From Escherichia coli (GTDB lineage: Bacteria; Pseudomonadota; Gammaproteobacteria; Enterobacterales; Enterobacteriaceae), in NCBI RefSeq assembly GCF_011045215.1, contig NZ_CP049201.1: 64,000 nt of DNA, one strand, 5' to 3'. The translations under genes and the position numbers were made by a program. The notes beneath the pieces are model-generated. The model saw only the letters and a list, made by a program, of their open reading frames with translations. It ran no database searches and had not been told where the DNA came from. Below, piece after piece: positions 1-9,611 of the stretch. Positions within the stretch are counted from its first letter, which is position 1. Each line of letters starts with the position of its first letter.

Positions 1-2
1 GA

Positions 3-719
3 GTGCTATTTGATAGCGCCAGAATGACATTAAGTCGACAAGAGAAAATAGTCAGGCTCTCCGAGTCAGAGTGCCATTTACTGCTGGCTTTTTGGCTTGG
101 ATTGTATAAAAAAGAAGAGATAATCAATTATGTCTGGAAAAATCGCAGCGGATGCGTTTCTGAATCGAGCTATTACAAACTTATCAATCAACTGCGAAAT
201 AACTTCAATCGGGTGGGGCTTCACGCATCAGATATTGTTACACATCCCCGGGTGGGAATATCGTTATCGATAACGCTGACTTCCGCTGATGAAATGTGCG
301 ACCTTCAGCAACAAAACGATGATGGGGCGCAGAAAATAAAATTCCGTGCCCTTTTGTCGCACCGGTTTATGGTTAAATGTAAAAACATGCGAGTACTTTG
401 TTGCACCAGCGGTGTGGTATTGCTGATAGGTATTATCCTCATTTTTAGTTTTCCCAGCGATACAACATGGAATAAATCTGATAAGGAGTTCACCTCGCTT
501 GGCGAGTTTGATGGTTATATTTTCTTTAAAATGAAGACGGATAAATTGACATTCAAGCAAGTCATCGCCGCATATACATCGATGACATTAAAACCTGACC
601 CGCAAAATGGTCATTATCTTTATTACATCAGGGAGCCTGATATCAATCTTTTATTTCAGTGTTTAAATCCGATTGAAAACGTGGTGCCAAAATGTTTAAC
701 CATAAAAGAACAGTACTGA
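3..719 (+). CDS. ToxR/CadC-like membrane-anchored transcriptional regulator (MarT/YqeI-like); 5' end probably cut by window edge
   Basis: N-terminal OmpR/PhoB-type winged-helix pattern (LLLAF...VW...SYYKLINQLR), single TM helix (VVLLIGIILIFSF), C-terminal periplasmic part with Cys pair; paralog of 1397-2137. Confidence 0.6.
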   Translation: MLFDSARMTLSRQEKIVRLSESECHLLLAFWLGLYKKEEIINYVWKNRSGCVSESSYYKLINQLRNNFNRVGLHASDIVTHPRVGISLSITLTSADEMCDLQQQNDDGAQKIKFRALLSHRFMVKCKNMRVLCCTSGVVLLIGIILIFSFPSDTTWNKSDKEFTSLGEFDGYIFFKMKTDKLTFKQVIAAYTSMTLKPDPQNGHYLYYIREPDINLLFQCLNPIENVVPKCLTIKEQY

Positions 720-1198
720 TTACGATGACGGTCATTGCGCTGGTGCTGATCGTGATATTTGGCAGAAACGGGTGGAGTGTTCAGCGAAATGTTATGAATG
801 TGGATAATTTTATTTGTACATCTAAATCAATAGTTTATATTGAACCTATGAAGATGAAACTGCGTGGTACGTTTGTGCTGGATCTTGAGTCAGACCGAAT
901 CGCCATTCATTATGAAGTTGAACAGGCGGATCATAAGGAAAAACTTTTTTTCCAGGATGTTCATATCAGTAAATTACTCCGAACAGGTATCAGAACGTTC
1001 ACATTTAAAGTCAGCTCAGTAAATAAATTTTCTGCTGATTCAACCGGAGATATGTTTTCCTGGTTACGTCTCCTTCAACCCGGTACGGTGAATGAGTTGA
1101 ATATTGTCCAGATCGGTCAAAATGCATATCTGTATTCGTTGAACAGGCATTTATATAATATTTGTACGACAAGCACCAACGCGGTGAATACGCACTAA
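692..1198 (+). CDS. small membrane protein, ToxS/FidL-like partner of the upstream regulator
   Basis: Overlaps upstream gene by 28 nt; N-terminal TM helix; paralog of 2110-2598 (shared C-terminal YLYSLNRHLYNICT motif). Confidence 0.5.
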   Translation: MFNHKRTVLITMTVIALVLIVIFGRNGWSVQRNVMNVDNFICTSKSIVYIEPMKMKLRGTFVLDLESDRIAIHYEVEQADHKEKLFFQDVHISKLLRTGIRTFTFKVSSVNKFSADSTGDMFSWLRLLQPGTVNELNIVQIGQNAYLYSLNRHLYNICTTSTNAVNTH

Positions 1199-1396
1199 TA
1201 GCTGTGTAATGGCCGGTCTATATGGGCATTGTGGCGGGTGTTGATAACGGAAGGGACTATTACATGTCCAATTTCGTCTGGAGCTGGCCTGTGTTAATAT
1301 GAACGCTGAAGGTTCCGTAAGGCTCTTAACTCAGTGCCTGGCAAGGCTGTACAACGGCAGAATCGGATACTCAATGAATAAATTGCAGAAGAAACC

Positions 1397-2137
1397 ATGA
1401 GCGAGCAAAAGTATCTTATCGACAATCGCGTGATATTTGATTCTGAGCGTATGTCATTGACTCACTCAGACAAAACGGTGAGCATTTCAGAATCCGAAAC
1501 GAATTTGCTGCTTGCTTTCTATAAGGGGTTATTCAAAAAGGATGATTTAATCGGCTGGGTCTGGGGGCGTAAGGGAGTCGTAGTTTCTGATGCCAGCTAT
1601 TATAAGCTCATCAATCAGTTACGTAATACTTTCGACAAAATAGGTCTACCGCCCTCATCTGTGGTGACGCGGCCCAAAGTCGGCGTTGAGCTGGTTTTAT
1701 CCATCACGCTCATTAAGCCTGCGACTCCCCGACAACCTGCTGCTGAACCGGTAGAACACTCAGCCGAATCCTTCAGCGAAACCCCGACAATACATGAACA
1801 CAATAAAACCGCTGTAGCAGGCCAGAGAGACTGGCTTTTTCTGGTATTGGCCGCGCTGTTGATGATCGCAGGATTTGGCGCCAGTCTGTGGGAGAGCCAT
1901 CCCTACTTTTCAGTGCCCGTTACCCATGACGGTTACTATTTTTATAAAGTAAGTAACGATAAAACGTCCTTCGAGGATGTGGCTGCGGCCTATGCAGAAT
2001 TGACAATTCCGGTGATTAAGCAGAATGGACGTCATATTTACTATATCAGAGTGCCGGATACCCATATTTTCGTCCAGTGCCTCAACCCACTCACCGTAGC
2101 GGAGCCAAAATGTATTACCCTAAAAGAACGTTATTAA
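1397..2137 (+). CDS. ToxR/CadC-like membrane-anchored transcriptional regulator (MarT/YqeI-like)
   Basis: Same architecture as 3-719: winged-helix N-terminus, TM helix (LFLVLAALLMIAGFGA), periplasmic C-terminus ending KCITLKERY. Confidence 0.65.
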   Translation: MSEQKYLIDNRVIFDSERMSLTHSDKTVSISESETNLLLAFYKGLFKKDDLIGWVWGRKGVVVSDASYYKLINQLRNTFDKIGLPPSSVVTRPKVGVELVLSITLIKPATPRQPAAEPVEHSAESFSETPTIHEHNKTAVAGQRDWLFLVLAALLMIAGFGASLWESHPYFSVPVTHDGYYFYKVSNDKTSFEDVAAAYAELTIPVIKQNGRHIYYIRVPDTHIFVQCLNPLTVAEPKCITLKERY

Positions 2138-2598
2138 GAATATTCACCGTGTTCTTTATTCTCGTCTCCGTGATGTTATGGGTACAGGTAATAAAGAAGC
2201 ACGCGGTCAGTCACCCCTCCGCGGGCAATTTTTTCTGTGCCACCAAAACGATAAGCAACATACAGGCGAAGGGGATAACCGTTGCGGGGGATATTGTCAT
2301 CGACTTCAAAACGCAACGTATTACGTTACAGCATGATGTGAAACAGCATAATAATGCGCATAGCCTGTTATATCGGGATGTTTACATGAAAAATCTGCGG
2401 CGCGTCACTGACGATCTTTTTACGTTTGAGATTGATTCTGTAAAGATATTTCCTGATGACAATGTCGGGAATTTTTTCTCCTATTTTCGCCTGCTCCATC
2501 CGGGGGGCCGCAACGAATTGCGAATTCAACGCATTGGCGAGAAAACCTATCTTTTTTCGCTTAATCGTCAGATTTATAACGTCTGTACAGCAAGTTGA
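2110..2598 (+). CDS. small membrane protein, ToxS/FidL-like partner
   Basis: Start chosen at MYYPKRTLL to match paralog; 28-nt overlap with upstream gene, N-terminal TM helix. Confidence 0.5.
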   Translation: MYYPKRTLLRIFTVFFILVSVMLWVQVIKKHAVSHPSAGNFFCATKTISNIQAKGITVAGDIVIDFKTQRITLQHDVKQHNNAHSLLYRDVYMKNLRRVTDDLFTFEIDSVKIFPDDNVGNFFSYFRLLHPGGRNELRIQRIGEKTYLFSLNRQIYNVCTAS

Positions 2599-2878
2599 AC
2601 TGCACAGGAATGCCCCGAGAGATTCTCTGAGGCCGTATGATAAGAGAGCGGTAAGCGGTAAGGTAACTGAAAGCTCATTACTTATTTAAATACATGGGTT
2701 TATATCAATCGTTCTGATTCTGTTCAACAGTGACAGAGTGAGATTATGATTTTTGTAAGATCTTCTTCCAGACTTTATCTGCCCTGATTAGCTATATTTT
2801 CGCCGCTGTAAACGGACATCAGAATACGTTTAAGTAGTCGTAATTAATGCTTTTTTCAATAAGATAAAGAGGGAGTAT

Positions 2879-3424
2879 TTGTCCATGTCTACGCGACTTC
2901 GTGGCGCTGCAATAATTTGTTTTTGTCTGCTAGCCTCATCTCAGAGTATGGCTAGTGGCACACATACGGTATCAATGGGGTATGCTCAAACACATCTGAG
3001 CGCATTAAAAAGCTCGAACAGCAAAGATCTTCATGGCTTTAATATAAAATATCGCTACGAGTTTGACGAACGCTGGGGCTTTATTGGTGCGTTAACGGCG
3101 ACTCGCCACGAAGTTGAGCATTATAGCTGGCAATCAGCAAAATTAAAAAAAGAGGGTACCGATACCATTGATTATAGTTCGGTAATGTTTGGCCCAACTT
3201 ATCGCTTTAATGATTACATCAGCCTGTATGGCAATGCAGGTATGGCGAGAATGAAAATGAAAAATACTCACTCAAACGAATCAACGGATGATTCGTTTGC
3301 ATACGGGGCCGGGGTAATATTTAACCCGTTAACCAACCTATCGCTTGATCTTTCCTGGGAAGCGTCAAAATTCTATTCTGTCGATGCCAATACGTTTGGC
3401 GTAAGCGTTGGCTATCGCTTTTAA
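2879..3424 (+). CDS. Ail/Lom/PagC/OmpX-family outer membrane beta-barrel protein
   Basis: Signal peptide, alternating beta-strand pattern, C-terminal GVSVGYRF ending in aromatic residue; RBS-like GGAG upstream. Confidence 0.75.
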   Translation: MSMSTRLRGAAIICFCLLASSQSMASGTHTVSMGYAQTHLSALKSSNSKDLHGFNIKYRYEFDERWGFIGALTATRHEVEHYSWQSAKLKKEGTDTIDYSSVMFGPTYRFNDYISLYGNAGMARMKMKNTHSNESTDDSFAYGAGVIFNPLTNLSLDLSWEASKFYSVDANTFGVSVGYRF

Positions 3425-3485
3425 AAATTGTACTCCCAGGGAGTGGGGATAAGTAAAATCATATTAAAGAAATTAAGGTTTATCC

Positions 3486-3842
3486 ATGAAATATATATTA
3501 CCAGCTCTTTTTACGGTGTTTTTAACCGCCTGTAGCGCTAACTCATTACATTCGGGGGCGGAACGGGTTCGTGTGACTCATAACGAGCCTGGAAAAGAGT
3601 GTTCGTGGTTAGGCGACATCACTGGCAGCCAGGGCAACTTTTTTACCGGAGGTTGGACCTCGAACAGTAACCTCGAAACAGGCGCGCGGAATGATATGAA
3701 AAATCAGGCCTGGAAAATGGGTGGAAATGTTGTTGTGCTGCTAACGCAACGCGCAGGGCAAACAGGCAGTTCGTACAATGGCAGTGGTTCAAGTCAGCAA
3801 ACTAACGTGACGCTAAGCGGATCGGTCTACCGTTGCCCATAG
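3486..3842 (+). CDS. small lipoprotein
   Basis: Lipobox LTAC after signal peptide; 118 aa; Gly/Ser-rich periplasmic body. Confidence 0.55.
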   Translation: MKYILPALFTVFLTACSANSLHSGAERVRVTHNEPGKECSWLGDITGSQGNFFTGGWTSNSNLETGARNDMKNQAWKMGGNVVVLLTQRAGQTGSSYNGSGSSQQTNVTLSGSVYRCP

Positions 3843-4018
3843 TCTACTATATTTCATTGATGAACAGAGAGCAGATATCAACATTGACGATTGCGGTCTG
3901 CTCTGATTCATAAATGTCATAAAGGAATGATATTTCATTTTTTTGAAGGTTATTATGATAATTTCTTTTATGCCGGAAAATATATCTTATATTACTTGTG
4001 GGTATGTTGTTGTAAGGT

Positions 4019-4594
4019 ATGGATATACATTTTAAAGCACAATCTCCTGAGGCAGTAACGCTCGCCGTGTGGCCAGATAATAATCCTCTGTTCACTGACT
4101 CTCTTGCCCATTTGATCACCGAAATAAACGTAATAAATCGCGTAGAAGATTTTCTTTTCGTCAATTTTTGCATCGATAACTTTATATACTTTATTCATGA
4201 TGAGTGGCTTGAAAAGTTGAACAAGTCAGGCCTGAGGGGGGTGCTGGTTATTGACCGTTTTATGCATTCGCTGGCGAATTATTGGCGTGAAAAACAACAG
4301 GATATTATCTTGTTATCGGTTGGCGATCGGGACCTGACGTCATTTGTATCGGCCCTGAATAGCCTGTCTTATGGACAAAGCAGGGTGCTAGAAGATGTCA
4401 TGCCGATAACAGAAAAAGAAATTTTTGTGTTACGTAAACGCCTCTCCGGTATGTCCGTAAGAAATATCGCACTCACCCTTAATTGCTCGGTTAAAAGTAT
4501 TTATTATTGCCAGTATTCTTTATTAAAAAAATTGAGGCGTTCGTCACGAATAGGCGAGATTTATATCCATCACTCTCACGTGCATGAGACTTAG
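4019..4594 (+). CDS. LuxR/GerE-type HTH transcriptional regulator
   Basis: C-terminal LuxR-type HTH (ITEKEIFVLRKRLSGMSVRNIALTLNCSVKSIYYCQYSLLKKL); AT-rich gene. Confidence 0.55.
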   Translation: MDIHFKAQSPEAVTLAVWPDNNPLFTDSLAHLITEINVINRVEDFLFVNFCIDNFIYFIHDEWLEKLNKSGLRGVLVIDRFMHSLANYWREKQQDIILLSVGDRDLTSFVSALNSLSYGQSRVLEDVMPITEKEIFVLRKRLSGMSVRNIALTLNCSVKSIYYCQYSLLKKLRRSSRIGEIYIHHSHVHET

Positions 4595-4798
4595 TCGTTA
4601 GCCTGTTTTTTCTGGCGGAATGACGGCATAACCCGGAAGGGATATGCCGCCTGCTTCAGCCTATCACGCCATCAACGCAAAAACTCCCCAGCCAAAATAC
4701 TCCCGGCTGTAGGTAACATTACGCATCGGCGCCGCGCTTAACTCTGCCCGAACCTCAAGCGCGAAACCTGATCCTACCCACGTAATATGGACACAGGC

Positions 4799-5665
4799 CT
4801 AAGCGAGGTTCTGGTTTTCAAATTGTTCCGGACTGAGGCCGCCACACCAACTGTGCCGCCGCCACCGATTGTAATCACATTCGATATAATTAAACACCGT
4901 TGCCCGCATTATTTCCCGGCTGATAAAGTGTTCTCCATGGATACATTCCACTTTCAGCGAATGAAAGAAGCTTTCCACGCAGGCATTATCGTAGCAGCAA
5001 CCTTTTGCGCTCATACTTCCACGCAGATTATGCCGCTTCAGTTGCGCCTGATAATCTGCTGAACAGTACTGGCCTCCACGGTCCGTGTGAACGATAACGT
5101 TCCGGGGCCTCTTACGCCGCCACAGCGCCATCTGCAGGGCATCGCAGGCCAGTTGCGCCGTCATGCGTGGCGACATTGACCAGCCAATAACGGCACGTGA
5201 CCACAGGTCAATGACCACTGCCAGATACAGCCAGCCTTCATCTGTACGTAAGTACGTGATGTCTCCTGCCCACTTCTGGTTCGGGCCACTGGCGTAAAAA
5301 TCCTGCTCCAACAGATTTTCTGACACAGGCAGGCCGTGTGCGCGGTAGCTGACCGGGCTGAACTTCCGGGAGGCCTTTGCCCTCAGTCCCTGACGGCGCA
5401 GGCTTGCCGCCACGGTTTTTACGTTAAAGGGGTAACCCTGAGCACGCAGTTCATCCGTCAGGCGTGGGGCACCGTAACGCTGTTTTGACCGGGTAAAAGC
5501 CGCGAGGACAACGCTGTCGCAGTGTTGGCGGAACTGCTGACGCGTGCTTATCCTTGTCCGCCGCTGACACCACGTATACCAGCCGCTGCGGGCCACCCGG
5601 AGCACGCGGCACATTGCTTTGATGCTGAACTCAGCCTGATGTTTTTCAATAAAGACATACTTCAT
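4799..5665 (-). CDS. insF: IS3 transposase OrfB (DDE integrase domain)
   Basis: 288-aa translation matches IS3 InsF as remembered ([24 protein letters not shown]...). Confidence 0.9.
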   Translation of the reverse strand: MKYVFIEKHQAEFSIKAMCRVLRVARSGWYTWCQRRTRISTRQQFRQHCDSVVLAAFTRSKQRYGAPRLTDELRAQGYPFNVKTVAASLRRQGLRAKASRKFSPVSYRAHGLPVSENLLEQDFYASGPNQKWAGDITYLRTDEGWLYLAVVIDLWSRAVIGWSMSPRMTAQLACDALQMALWRRKRPRNVIVHTDRGGQYCSADYQAQLKRHNLRGSMSAKGCCYDNACVESFFHSLKVECIHGEHFISREIMRATVFNYIECDYNRWRRHSWCGGLSPEQFENQNLA

Positions 5666-5970
5666 TTCAGGCGCTTCGCGAAGTATGTCGCGGCCTTTTG
5701 GAGGATAGCCAGCTCTTCATCCCGTTCTGCCAGCTGGCGTTTGAGACGTGCAATCTCGGTAGACATCTCCAGTTCACGTTCAGAAGACGTCTGCTGATTT
5801 TGCTGTTTACTGCGCCAGTTGTAGAGCTGTGATTCATACAGGCTGAGTTCACGGGCTGCGGCAGTAACACCGATGCGTTCAGCAAGCTTCAGGGCTTCAC
5901 TGCGAAATTCAGGCGAATGCTGTTTACGGGGTTTTTTACTGGTTGATACTGTTTTTGTCATGTGAGTCAC
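5662..5970 (-). CDS. insE: IS3 transposase OrfA (HTH)
   Basis: Translation [31 protein letters not shown]... matches IS3 InsE as remembered; overlaps orfB as expected for programmed frameshift. Confidence 0.9.
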   Translation of the reverse strand: MTHMTKTVSTSKKPRKQHSPEFRSEALKLAERIGVTAAARELSLYESQLYNWRSKQQNQQTSSERELEMSTEIARLKRQLAERDEELAILQKAATYFAKRLK

Positions 5971-6016
5971 CTCTGACTGAGAGTTTACTCACTTAGCCGC
6001 GTGTCCACTATTGCTG

Positions 6017-6175
6017 GGTAAGATCACATCGCTATTAATATTTTGACGAATGATAAGGTATTCAAGGCAGGGTTAAGACGTAAGATGCGAAAAGCAGCCA
6101 TGGACAGAAACTATCTCGCGTCAGTACTTGCGGGGAACTGGCTTTCGTAATCTTGCCCTGATCCCGATAGCGGTC
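6017..6175 (+). pseudogene. ISAs1-family (H-repeat) transposase 3' fragment
   Basis: Nucleotide similarity to 18355-18490 (catcgctattaatatt...caaggcagg...gactacctcgcgtcag), encodes [20 protein letters not shown]. Confidence 0.6.
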
Positions 6176-6337
6176 TAATTATTTATAGCACAAGTGGTTT
6201 TTCAATGAATGGGGAAGATCAAGTGAAAAATAATATTCATTAAAAATTGAATAAAATTGAGAGAAGTATATCTCTTTTTAAAAAAGATCCTATTACTTGA
6301 TAGAAGTAATGGTAATTTATGATATGTTCTTATTACA

Positions 6338-6589
6338 TTGAAGAGTATAACTCTTTCCAAAACAGAATTAACATCATCCGTTCTTAAGCAATATCGATTG
6401 GAACTTCTGAAGTATCATGTTGAACTTGTTGAGTTATTTAATAAATATTATATTGTGAATTATAATCCTCAAAGACCCTATCGTATGCATATGTTTCCTC
6501 CTGTGGATGCGGTAGATGGACTTGTGTTTGGTGAAGTGGACCTGAGTAGAATTAGAGATAATATGAATCAGATCTCAAGGAGAATATAA
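6338..6589 (+). CDS. hypothetical protein, possibly 5' part of a frameshifted gene continuing to about 6800
   Basis: 83-aa ORF in AT-rich DNA; a second open frame follows immediately in a different frame. Confidence 0.3.
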   Translation: MKSITLSKTELTSSVLKQYRLELLKYHVELVELFNKYYIVNYNPQRPYRMHMFPPVDAVDGLVFGEVDLSRIRDNMNQISRRI

Positions 6590-6906
6590 GAATTGGAAAG
6601 GAGCTTTCCTTTCAGGCTGCTTTAACTTCGGTAAAATACGTTCTTGAAGCACCAGATAATAAAGTCGGTAATATTGCCACTATTGAGTTTTTCATCAAGG
6701 TTAATTACGAGAATAACCCTTCTGATAAAGCTGAAGTTGAGAAGGTGCTTAATGAATCAGAACTGAAGAATGCTCTTAAGTCCAGAATTCTTGATGATAC
6801 TGTCAGGCAACACAGATGATTAAATCATCTGGATGTATTTAATGCATAAACATTTCTGAATGATACATAAAAATTGTATTTAATGTTTCCCTCCTGGAGA
6901 ATCTCT

Positions 6907-7191
6907 ATGCCCACAGCAGCCAGACTCAGCGATAAAGGCACCCAGCATGACGGTTATTATGAGACCACCATTATTGCAGGCTCCTCCACCGTCTTTATTG
7001 ATGGTATGCCCGCCGCCCGTCAGGGCGATCCGCTGACACCGCATTCCAAACCTGACCATCCCCCTCACCCCCGTAAAATCGCAGGCGGCTCTGCCACTGT
7101 CTTTATTGACGGTAAACCTGCCGCCAGAACCGGCGATGCCATTGACTGTGGCGGCGTGGTTATCGGTGGCGGCACGGTAAATATAGGCTGA
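6907..7191 (+). CDS. PAAR-domain protein (T6SS spike tip)
   Basis: Two repeats of the PAAR motif (FIDGMPAARQGD, FIDGKPAARTGD), about 95 aa, directly upstream of vgrG. Confidence 0.8.
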   Translation: MPTAARLSDKGTQHDGYYETTIIAGSSTVFIDGMPAARQGDPLTPHSKPDHPPHPRKIAGGSATVFIDGKPAARTGDAIDCGGVVIGGGTVNIG

Positions 7192-7211
7192 TTAATTATC
7201 AGGGAGGCTGT

Positions 7212-9611
7212 ATGCCCTCAGAAGGATTACGTTTCACGCTGTCGGTGGACGGTATCGTGGAGATGGCGACGGCGGTGGTGAGCTTCCGTCTGTACCAGCA
7301 CCACTGCACGCCGTTCATCCTGGATGTGGATATCGCCAGCGGGCTGTCTGACCTGACGGCGGAGGATTTTCTGGAGAAGAGCGCGGTGCTGACGGTCTGG
7401 CAGGGTGATATCCCGCAGCGTTACGTCAGCGGTATCGTGACGGAGGTGCAACTGGGGGAGAACAACGACTGGCAGATGCGTTATTCCCTGAGCATCAGCC
7501 CGCCGCTGTGGCGGGCAGGGTTACGGCAGAACTTCCGTATCTTCCAGCAGCAGGACATCCAGACGATATCAGCACAGCTTCTGAGAGAGAACGGAGTGAC
7601 GGCATGGATGCCGCTGTTTTATGAAGACCATCCGGCGCGGGAGTTCTGTGTGCAGTACGGGGAAAGCGACCTGGCGTTTCTGGCGCGGCTGTGGGCGGAG
7701 GAGGGGATTTTCTTCTTTGAGCGGTTTGCGGCGGACAGTCCGGAGCAGAAGCTGACGCTGTGCGACGATGTGGCGGGGCTGTCACAGGCGGGAGAGCTTC
7801 CGTTTAACCCGGACACATCGGCAGGAGCGGAGACGGAGTGTCTCAGTACGTTCCGTTATGAGGCGCATGTCCGCCCGTCGTCGGTGCAGAGTCAGGATTA
7901 CACGTTTAAGGTGCCGGACTGGCCGGGGATGTATGAGCAGCAGGGTGAGAACCTGAACGGACAGCTGGCGCAGTACGAGATATTTGATTATCCGGGAAGG
8001 TTCAAGGATGAGCAGCACGGCAAGGATTTCACGCTGTACCAGATGGACAGCCTGCGCAGTGATGCGGAAAAGGCCACAGGGCAGAGTAATTCACCGAAGC
8101 TGTGGCCGGGAACGCGGTTTACGCTGACGGGGCATCCGCAGAAGATGCTGAACCGTGAATGGCAGGTGGTACAGAGCATACTGTCAGGAAGCCAGCCGCA
8201 GGCGCTGCACGGCAGCCAGGGGAGGGGAACCACGCTGGGAAATCAGTTAGAGGTGATACCGGCAGACCGGACGTGGCGTCCACGGCTGCAAAGCAAACCG
8301 AAGGTGGACGGGCCGCAGAGTGCCATTGTGACCGGGCCGAAGGGTGAGGAGATATTCTGCGACGAACATGGCCGGGTACGGGTGAAGTTCCACTGGGACC
8401 GTTATCACGGGATGACGGAGGCGAGTTCATGCTGGGTGCGGGTATCGCAGGCGTGGGCGGGGCCGGGGTTCGGTAACCTGGCGATACCGCGGGTGGGCCA
8501 GGAGGTGATTGTTGACTTCCTGAACGGCGACCCGGACCAGCCCATCGTCACGGGACGGACCTACCATGAAGATAACCGCTCCCCGGGCGACCTGCCGGGA
8601 ACGAAGACGCAGATGACGATACGGTCGAAGACCTATAAAGAAAGCGGATTTAACGAGTTGCGGTTTGAAGACGCCACCAGTAATGAGCAGGTGTATATCC
8701 ACGCGCAGAAGAACATGGATACGGAGGTGCTCAACGACCGGACAACGGATGTGAAGCATGACCATACGGAGACCATTGGTAACGACCAGAAGATAACGGT
8801 GGTGAAGGGGCAGACGGTTGAGGTCGGGACCAGAAAAGAAGGAGGCCACGACCAGAGTATCACGGTGGCGAACGACCGGAGCATAACGGTACGTAACGAC
8901 CAGACGCTGAAGGTGACAAATGACCGGACGGTGAGCGTGAGTCACGATGACGGTCTGTACGTCAGAAATGACCGTAGGGTGACGGTGAAAGGGAAGCAGG
9001 AGCATAAGACGACGGGTAACCACATCAGCCTGGTGGAGGGGAAGCACAGCCTGGAGGTGAAGGGGGACCTGGCGGAGAAGGTGAGTGGCGCGCTGGGGAT
9101 AGAAGTGGACGGGGATATCGTGCTGGAGAGCAGCAGCCGGATAAGCCTGAAGGTGGGTGGCTCGTTTATCGTCATTCAGCCGGGCGGAGTGGATATTGCC
9201 GGGCCGAAGATAAACCTGAACGGTGGGGGCAGTGCGGGGACACCGGTGGGGACGATGCAGCCGGCGGTGCTGGAGGCTCCGGAGGATGAGAGCAGTGATG
9301 ATGGCAGTGATGACTCCGGAGAGGATAGTGGCAATCCCGCAGGGAGTGACGGAGGAGGTGATGGCGGTGACGATGAAGATGATCCTGAAAAATATACCCT
9401 CCAGTTCCATTTTACGGACGATGACGGGATACCGTATTCAGAGACGCAGTATATTGCCTTTTTTGAGGATGGCACACAGACGCGTGGTGAAACAGACAGA
9501 GAGGGATATACAGAAATATTTTATACAGATACAGCACAGGAAATTAAAGTCCAATTGTTATTTTCGGATGCTTTTTATATTGAGCCGGAGGGGCATTATG
9601 GCAGGGAATAA
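7212..9611 (+). CDS. vgrG: T6SS spike protein VgrG with acidic linker and C-terminal extension
   Basis: 799 aa; gp27/gp5-like core, beta-helix repeats (NDRT.. repeats), acidic stretch EDESSDDGSDDSGEDSG, then about 70-aa C-terminal tail. Confidence 0.9.
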   Translation: MPSEGLRFTLSVDGIVEMATAVVSFRLYQHHCTPFILDVDIASGLSDLTAEDFLEKSAVLTVWQGDIPQRYVSGIVTEVQLGENNDWQMRYSLSISPPLWRAGLRQNFRIFQQQDIQTISAQLLRENGVTAWMPLFYEDHPAREFCVQYGESDLAFLARLWAEEGIFFFERFAADSPEQKLTLCDDVAGLSQAGELPFNPDTSAGAETECLSTFRYEAHVRPSSVQSQDYTFKVPDWPGMYEQQGENLNGQLAQYEIFDYPGRFKDEQHGKDFTLYQMDSLRSDAEKATGQSNSPKLWPGTRFTLTGHPQKMLNREWQVVQSILSGSQPQALHGSQGRGTTLGNQLEVIPADRTWRPRLQSKPKVDGPQSAIVTGPKGEEIFCDEHGRVRVKFHWDRYHGMTEASSCWVRVSQAWAGPGFGNLAIPRVGQEVIVDFLNGDPDQPIVTGRTYHEDNRSPGDLPGTKTQMTIRSKTYKESGFNELRFEDATSNEQVYIHAQKNMDTEVLNDRTTDVKHDHTETIGNDQKITVVKGQTVEVGTRKEGGHDQSITVANDRSITVRNDQTLKVTNDRTVSVSHDDGLYVRNDRRVTVKGKQEHKTTGNHISLVEGKHSLEVKGDLAEKVSGALGIEVDGDIVLESSSRISLKVGGSFIVIQPGGVDIAGPKINLNGGGSAGTPVGTMQPAVLEAPEDESSDDGSDDSGEDSGNPAGSDGGGDGGDDEDDPEKYTLQFHFTDDDGIPYSETQYIAFFEDGTQTRGETDREGYTEIFYTDTAQEIKVQLLFSDAFYIEPEGHYGRE

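Larger units (their letters stand above)
4769..6016 (-). mobile_element. IS3 insertion sequence (IS3 family), inverted relative to window
   Basis: Terminal inverted repeats TGATCCTACCCACG at 4769 and GCTGGGTAAGATCA ending 6016; orfA/orfB transposase pair inside. Confidence 0.9.

Noticed and set aside
8427-9410. 327-aa minus-strand ORF inside vgrG, and other antisense ORFs at 7495-8430
   Set aside because: Shadow ORFs antisense to a well-supported vgrG; low-complexity Arg/Pro/His-rich translations.
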